This document shows, piece by piece, positions 59,892 to 64,000 of a DNA stretch of 64,000 bases; the stretch's first letter is position 1, and every line of letters begins with the position of its first letter. A program made the position numbers and the translations under genes. The DNA is from Selaginella moellendorffii (Eukaryota; Plantae; Lycopodiophyta), in assembly GCF_000143415.4 (NCBI RefSeq), contig NW_003314433.1, positions 87,352 through 151,351 of the forward strand, given 5' to 3'. The notes beneath the pieces are model-generated. The model was given only the letters and a program-made list of their open reading frames with translations. It had not been told where the DNA came from and searched no databases.

Positions 59892-62800
59892 CTTAAATAT
59901 CTCTTGCACATCTTCCGCTTTGGGATTTGTAATTAGCTTGCTTTTGAGAAGACATGAATCCAAAAAGCTTATGAGCTTTCCCTTGGTTTCATCCACCATT
60001 GCATTCACTATCTCTCTAGCACCAGCAAAATGTCCTCCAACTTTGGCCCCAATAAATAATAGGATCAATGTATATTTAAGTACTGGAGCAAATTTATTGA
60101 GCCAATTTGGTGGGATATTCAATTCAACACCTTCAGAACTCTTCACTTGATGACCTTTAGAAGTTCCTTGAGGCCATTCACACAAATAGTGAAGTCTACC
60201 ATGTGTTCCCAATATTTTACTGTAATTTTTCCACCTATTATTCTCATCAAGAATATATGGATATTTTGGGCAATCTGTCTCCAATTTCAATAATACTTGA
60301 AAACACGTTGTATGGATTGCATTCACTTTATCCATGATAGACTTGAGTCCATTCTTCAGCTCGTTAAGGCTTACTTCAATGTTATCAAGTTTTGTATCCA
60401 ATTTGTCAAACCGGTTCTCCATTTTATCAAACTTCTTATCAAAATATCTAAAGATTGCATCGAGTTTTGGGTCTTCAATGTTCGAAAACTCAACAACATC
60501 TGATGATGCTTTGGGAATTGTGACTTCTCTAACCTCCTCATAGTCCTTCAAAAATTCATAAAGTTCAATAAACTTCTTTACCCCTTCATGTTTTTGCTCG
60601 TTAGGCATCAATAGCTTAGCCAAAGCATTCCATCTGAGACTTTCAAATCGTTAATCACATCCCAACTCTCTACTTCATGTGAATCATTCCAAGTATGAGA
60701 GTAGTCTAAACCGCTTTCTCTTGCTTCACATTTGACTTGCTTTAATGGATAAATAACTGCATCCCATGATTTTGGTTTGCCCACATTATTTAGTATCCTT
60801 CTCCACACATAACCACGTCTCATTACATTTTCTTCAATTTCCAAACATGGGCAATCCTCCAAACATACCCCAATAATGCAATTTCTAATTTTTTCCATCC
60901 ATCCTTTAGCTTCCTTTTCCAAATCTGGCCTTAGTGTATTCTCTACCTCTTTTGGGTAATAGATGATGACATCAACCCATTGCCTATCTTTCCAATTGTC
61001 TGTGTCTCCCCCAACTCTCACAATTGTCTTGATAAGGTTTTCTTTCAAAGCCACCCATCCATTCCCAAGCCTGAAATCTTTCTTGCTTAATTTGTGAAGT
61101 TTAACTTGGATCTTTGTGAAAATACTTGCAGGAAACAATTTCAAGTCCTTGTCTTTGCATTCAAACCTCCTGCCCCAGTAGTTGTGGTTTTTTTGAGTGT
61201 CAATTGGCACTGAGGGTGACAATAAATATTCTGGAGGTGAATATTCTTCTTGCAATAGTGTTGGCATTCTCAACTCTTTGGGCAAGTTATGCCAATTCCC
61301 ATCCCATGTATCATCCCAAGGCAATATCACTCCCATCTCATGGAGCACTCCAAGAATGTACTCCACTATTTTGTCTTGGTTCCCACATTGTTGCTTCAAC
61401 TGATGTTTAACTCTGTGTGTTTCCATTTGACTTTTGAGTTTGCTTGTCTCAGTATGTATGAAGAGTTGCACCACATCCCTCATAAACCATTGGACATCTA
61501 AGATGACAAATTGAGACACAATGTCGTCCTCTTCATGTCCCAAGCCAAAGTAAATTGCATCACCAGAATCATGTAGAAATTGCAAGACGAATTTGAGAAC
61601 ATCCTTGGAACTCCTGTGAGGCAAAAGGATTTTGCCAACTTTATCTAGGGGTATGACCTTCTTGTGAGTTGGATCTTGTACCAATTTCCTCTTTGCTTTG
61701 AGACATTCCCGTGGTATTTTTTGCTGGGCTGACAGCAGTTCTTCCAAGCAACTCCCCAACATGGTTTTTATCCCCCTTAAATCTTTCACTTGAGTGGCCA
61801 CCACCTCAAAACAAAGATCTGTCCCAAACTCAAGTACTTGCTCATAGCCTTTGTCGGAGATTATTGCAGAAACCACCTCCTTTGGGTCAAAGTCGGGTTC
61901 TGGAGTGAAAAAGTTCGAGGCAATCAAGACCCTGGGCTTCCTTTTGGGTGAGGCTGATTGATGTGAAGCGATGAACCTCAGCCAGTAAACCAAATTCTGC
62001 TTGAAAACGTCACAATTGTCATCCTCCACCTTGCATACGATCAAGAAGAGATCGTTCTCACTTCCTCTGAGAAAGTACTGGTGGAAAGCATGGAACTCTT
62101 CCTGTCCAGCCAGGTCGCAAATGAGCAGCTTTTGTTTGGTGGTCGCATAGACAAGTGGTTGCAGCTCAATGCCTGCTGTTGAAGCATGCCTTTGGAGACA
62201 TGATGGAAACCAAGACACTCTGCGGCAGAGGTTTTTTTTTATTGTGGTCTTTCCAACCCTGCTAGCACCACACAAGAAGAGCTTTGCTGTTGACGGGTTG
62301 TCAAAGTCTTTGAATGCACTCTGCTGGAAGATTGCATTCCGCTCTAAAAGACCAGAACACCTCTGCTTGAAAGCTTCAGAAGCTTCGGAATCCCAGCCTA
62401 GATCAAGCTCTTCCACGAGGCTTTGGTAGTTTTCCTCCAGGGCAGCCAGAATTTGTCTTTTCTGTGCATCACTTGTAAGATCAGGAGCCCTGAATCTGCG
62501 CACCTTGCATTTTGGATCCCCCAGCAACTGGCAAAGCTCTTCCAGGTTTTCAAATTTTCGCTCAGATATTTTCAAGTCTTCAATGCTGCTTCCCAAAAGG
62601 CACCTCCATGGCAGTTCCGACTCACACAACAAAGCTTTCAGAGACTTGCAGCTGGAGATAGCTTTCCAAAAGAGCTCCCCATTCGTGATTTTGCAACTCC
62701 ATATACCCAAATGCTCCAGTTGGCTCTTCTCTATGCCCTCGGCAAACTCCAACGTTAACTCATCTTGTCCACCACTTATTACCAAATGGCGCAGCTTACA

Positions 62801-64000
62801 ATGTGGACTTGAGAGGGCTGACCACAGACTGCTGTCACCGACCATTCCTCCTCCCTCGTTGGGCGAAAAAAGATGAAGCTTGATCAGCTTGCAATTGGGA
62901 TTTTGTAGCGCTTTGCCCAACCATCCACCACCTGGATAAAGAGTAACGCTGAGTTCCTCCAAGCCACACTTAGCGCTGCTCAGGGCCTCACCCAGGCCCG
63001 TTGCATTGCTCAGGTCCTCACTCTGTCTCATTTCTTGGCAATCTAAAACTGACAGGCTGGTGCCCTCCTGAAGAGCCTTGCATACCCATGGCAACACTGC
63101 AGGATCAGTTTCCCAAAGTAGGTTTAGTCTTTGCAGTGAACAGCTTGGACAAGTGAGTGCCTTGAAGAGTGCTTCACCTGCCTCCTCTGGAAACGAATAT
63201 GCCTGCAGTGCCACTAGCTTATTGCAAATGCCATTCTGAAATGCCTGTTCCCACCGTGCCTTGCCTAAACCCTCATCTCTGATGGCTAACTCTTCCACCT
63301 TGCACTCCTGACTTGCCAGATCCCTACTCAATTTCCCAAATCCTTCCACTGTCATCCTGTTCCCCAGCAATTGGAGACGTTTCAAGTTGTTTCCTGGTTT
63401 CCTAAGGAGTTGGCTAAGGAGAGTCTCTGGGTTCCCAACATTGCGCAAGCAGAGCTCTGTCAAGCAGTCGAGCTGAGCAAAGGCCAACTCAAGCTCCTGA
63501 GGTGGTGTGAGGATGTCTTTGCCTAGCCAATTGAATTCTAGCCCTTTCAAGACCTTGAATTCCTCTGTCATCGTCAGTAGCTTTGCAAACCTCTGCATCT
63601 CAATCTGCCAAATATCCTGTCCCTGCTGAGGAGGAGCAATGCCCTCTGCCACCCTTTGCATTCGATCACTGGGAATGCCCAACCTACAAGCGACCCTGGC
63701 AACGGCGTTGATGAATCTGATGTCGAGCTGTGGTACCAAAGCGGCCTTGAGAATGTCAATGTGAGCAGCAGCAGCAGCAGACGAACTGCCATCACCAGGA
63801 GCATCTCCCACATCCAGAGCCCTGTCTAACCAGGGTGGATTTGAAATGCACCAGTTGAGCACACCAATCAGATCCTCCTCTGTGCCTCCAAACCACTCGA
63901 CGGTAGCACTCACCTCATCAACAAACTCACCTTTGGATGCGTCAAGCGCCTCCAGCTTCCCGATGTGCCCACAATAAAACCCAATCGTATTGAAGTGCCG
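59892..64000 (-). pseudogene. TORNADO1-like LRR-Roc-COR, copy 3; ORF of at least 1101 aa with its start beyond the window end
   Basis: ORF 60608-63913 is open to the window edge with LRR, Roc and COR intact. A 1-bp loss near 60630 (gatggaatgc vs gatgagaatgc) shifts the C-terminal part (59778-60623), which is also hit by the LTR insertion. Confidence 0.9.

Larger units (their letters stand above)
29880..64000 (-). repeat. Inverted arm of the duplication array, built from deleted unit copies
   Basis: 29880-35118 is the reverse complement of ~7540 to ~610 with deletions. 35125-40975 is rc of ~18540 to ~12160. 50326-52050 is rc of ~9737 to ~7950. From 52051 onward it is rc of ~16540 leftwards, interrupted by an LTR element. 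Confidence 0.9.

Overview
Eukaryotic land-plant DNA with short GT-AG introns, EIN3/PHO1/SPP genes and small-LTR copia elements. The style suggests a lycophyte such as Selaginella, which is inference only. The window is one rearranged segmental-duplication array. A ~19.8-kb unit (1-19774) carries an EIN3-like pseudogene, a sucrose-phosphatase pseudogene, a PHO1/SPX fragment, a KLHDC4-like pseudogene and an intronless TORNADO1-like LRR-Roc-COR gene. The unit is repeated directly and partially (19775-29875), then in inverted orientation with deletions (29880-64000). The inverted arm holds two more LRR-Roc-COR copies, a Ty1/copia element (41021-50325) with a second copia nested in it (42625-47369), and a non-coding LTR element with minisatellite-bearing 1.8-kb LTRs (52225-59891). 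Two signals stand out. (1) The three LRR-Roc-COR paralogs are nearly identical except at the x positions of each LxxLxLxx beta-strand, the pattern typical of diversifying immune receptors. (2) Both copia elements, though unrelated in LTR and highly divergent in Gag, carry a short ORF just after the PBS encoding a similar basic peptide (AxLARVxRx[LI]xxR[RK]xxxAL). All calls were made by eye with no database searches. Pseudogene and junction coordinates are approximate; LTR, TSD and PBS coordinates were counted directly.
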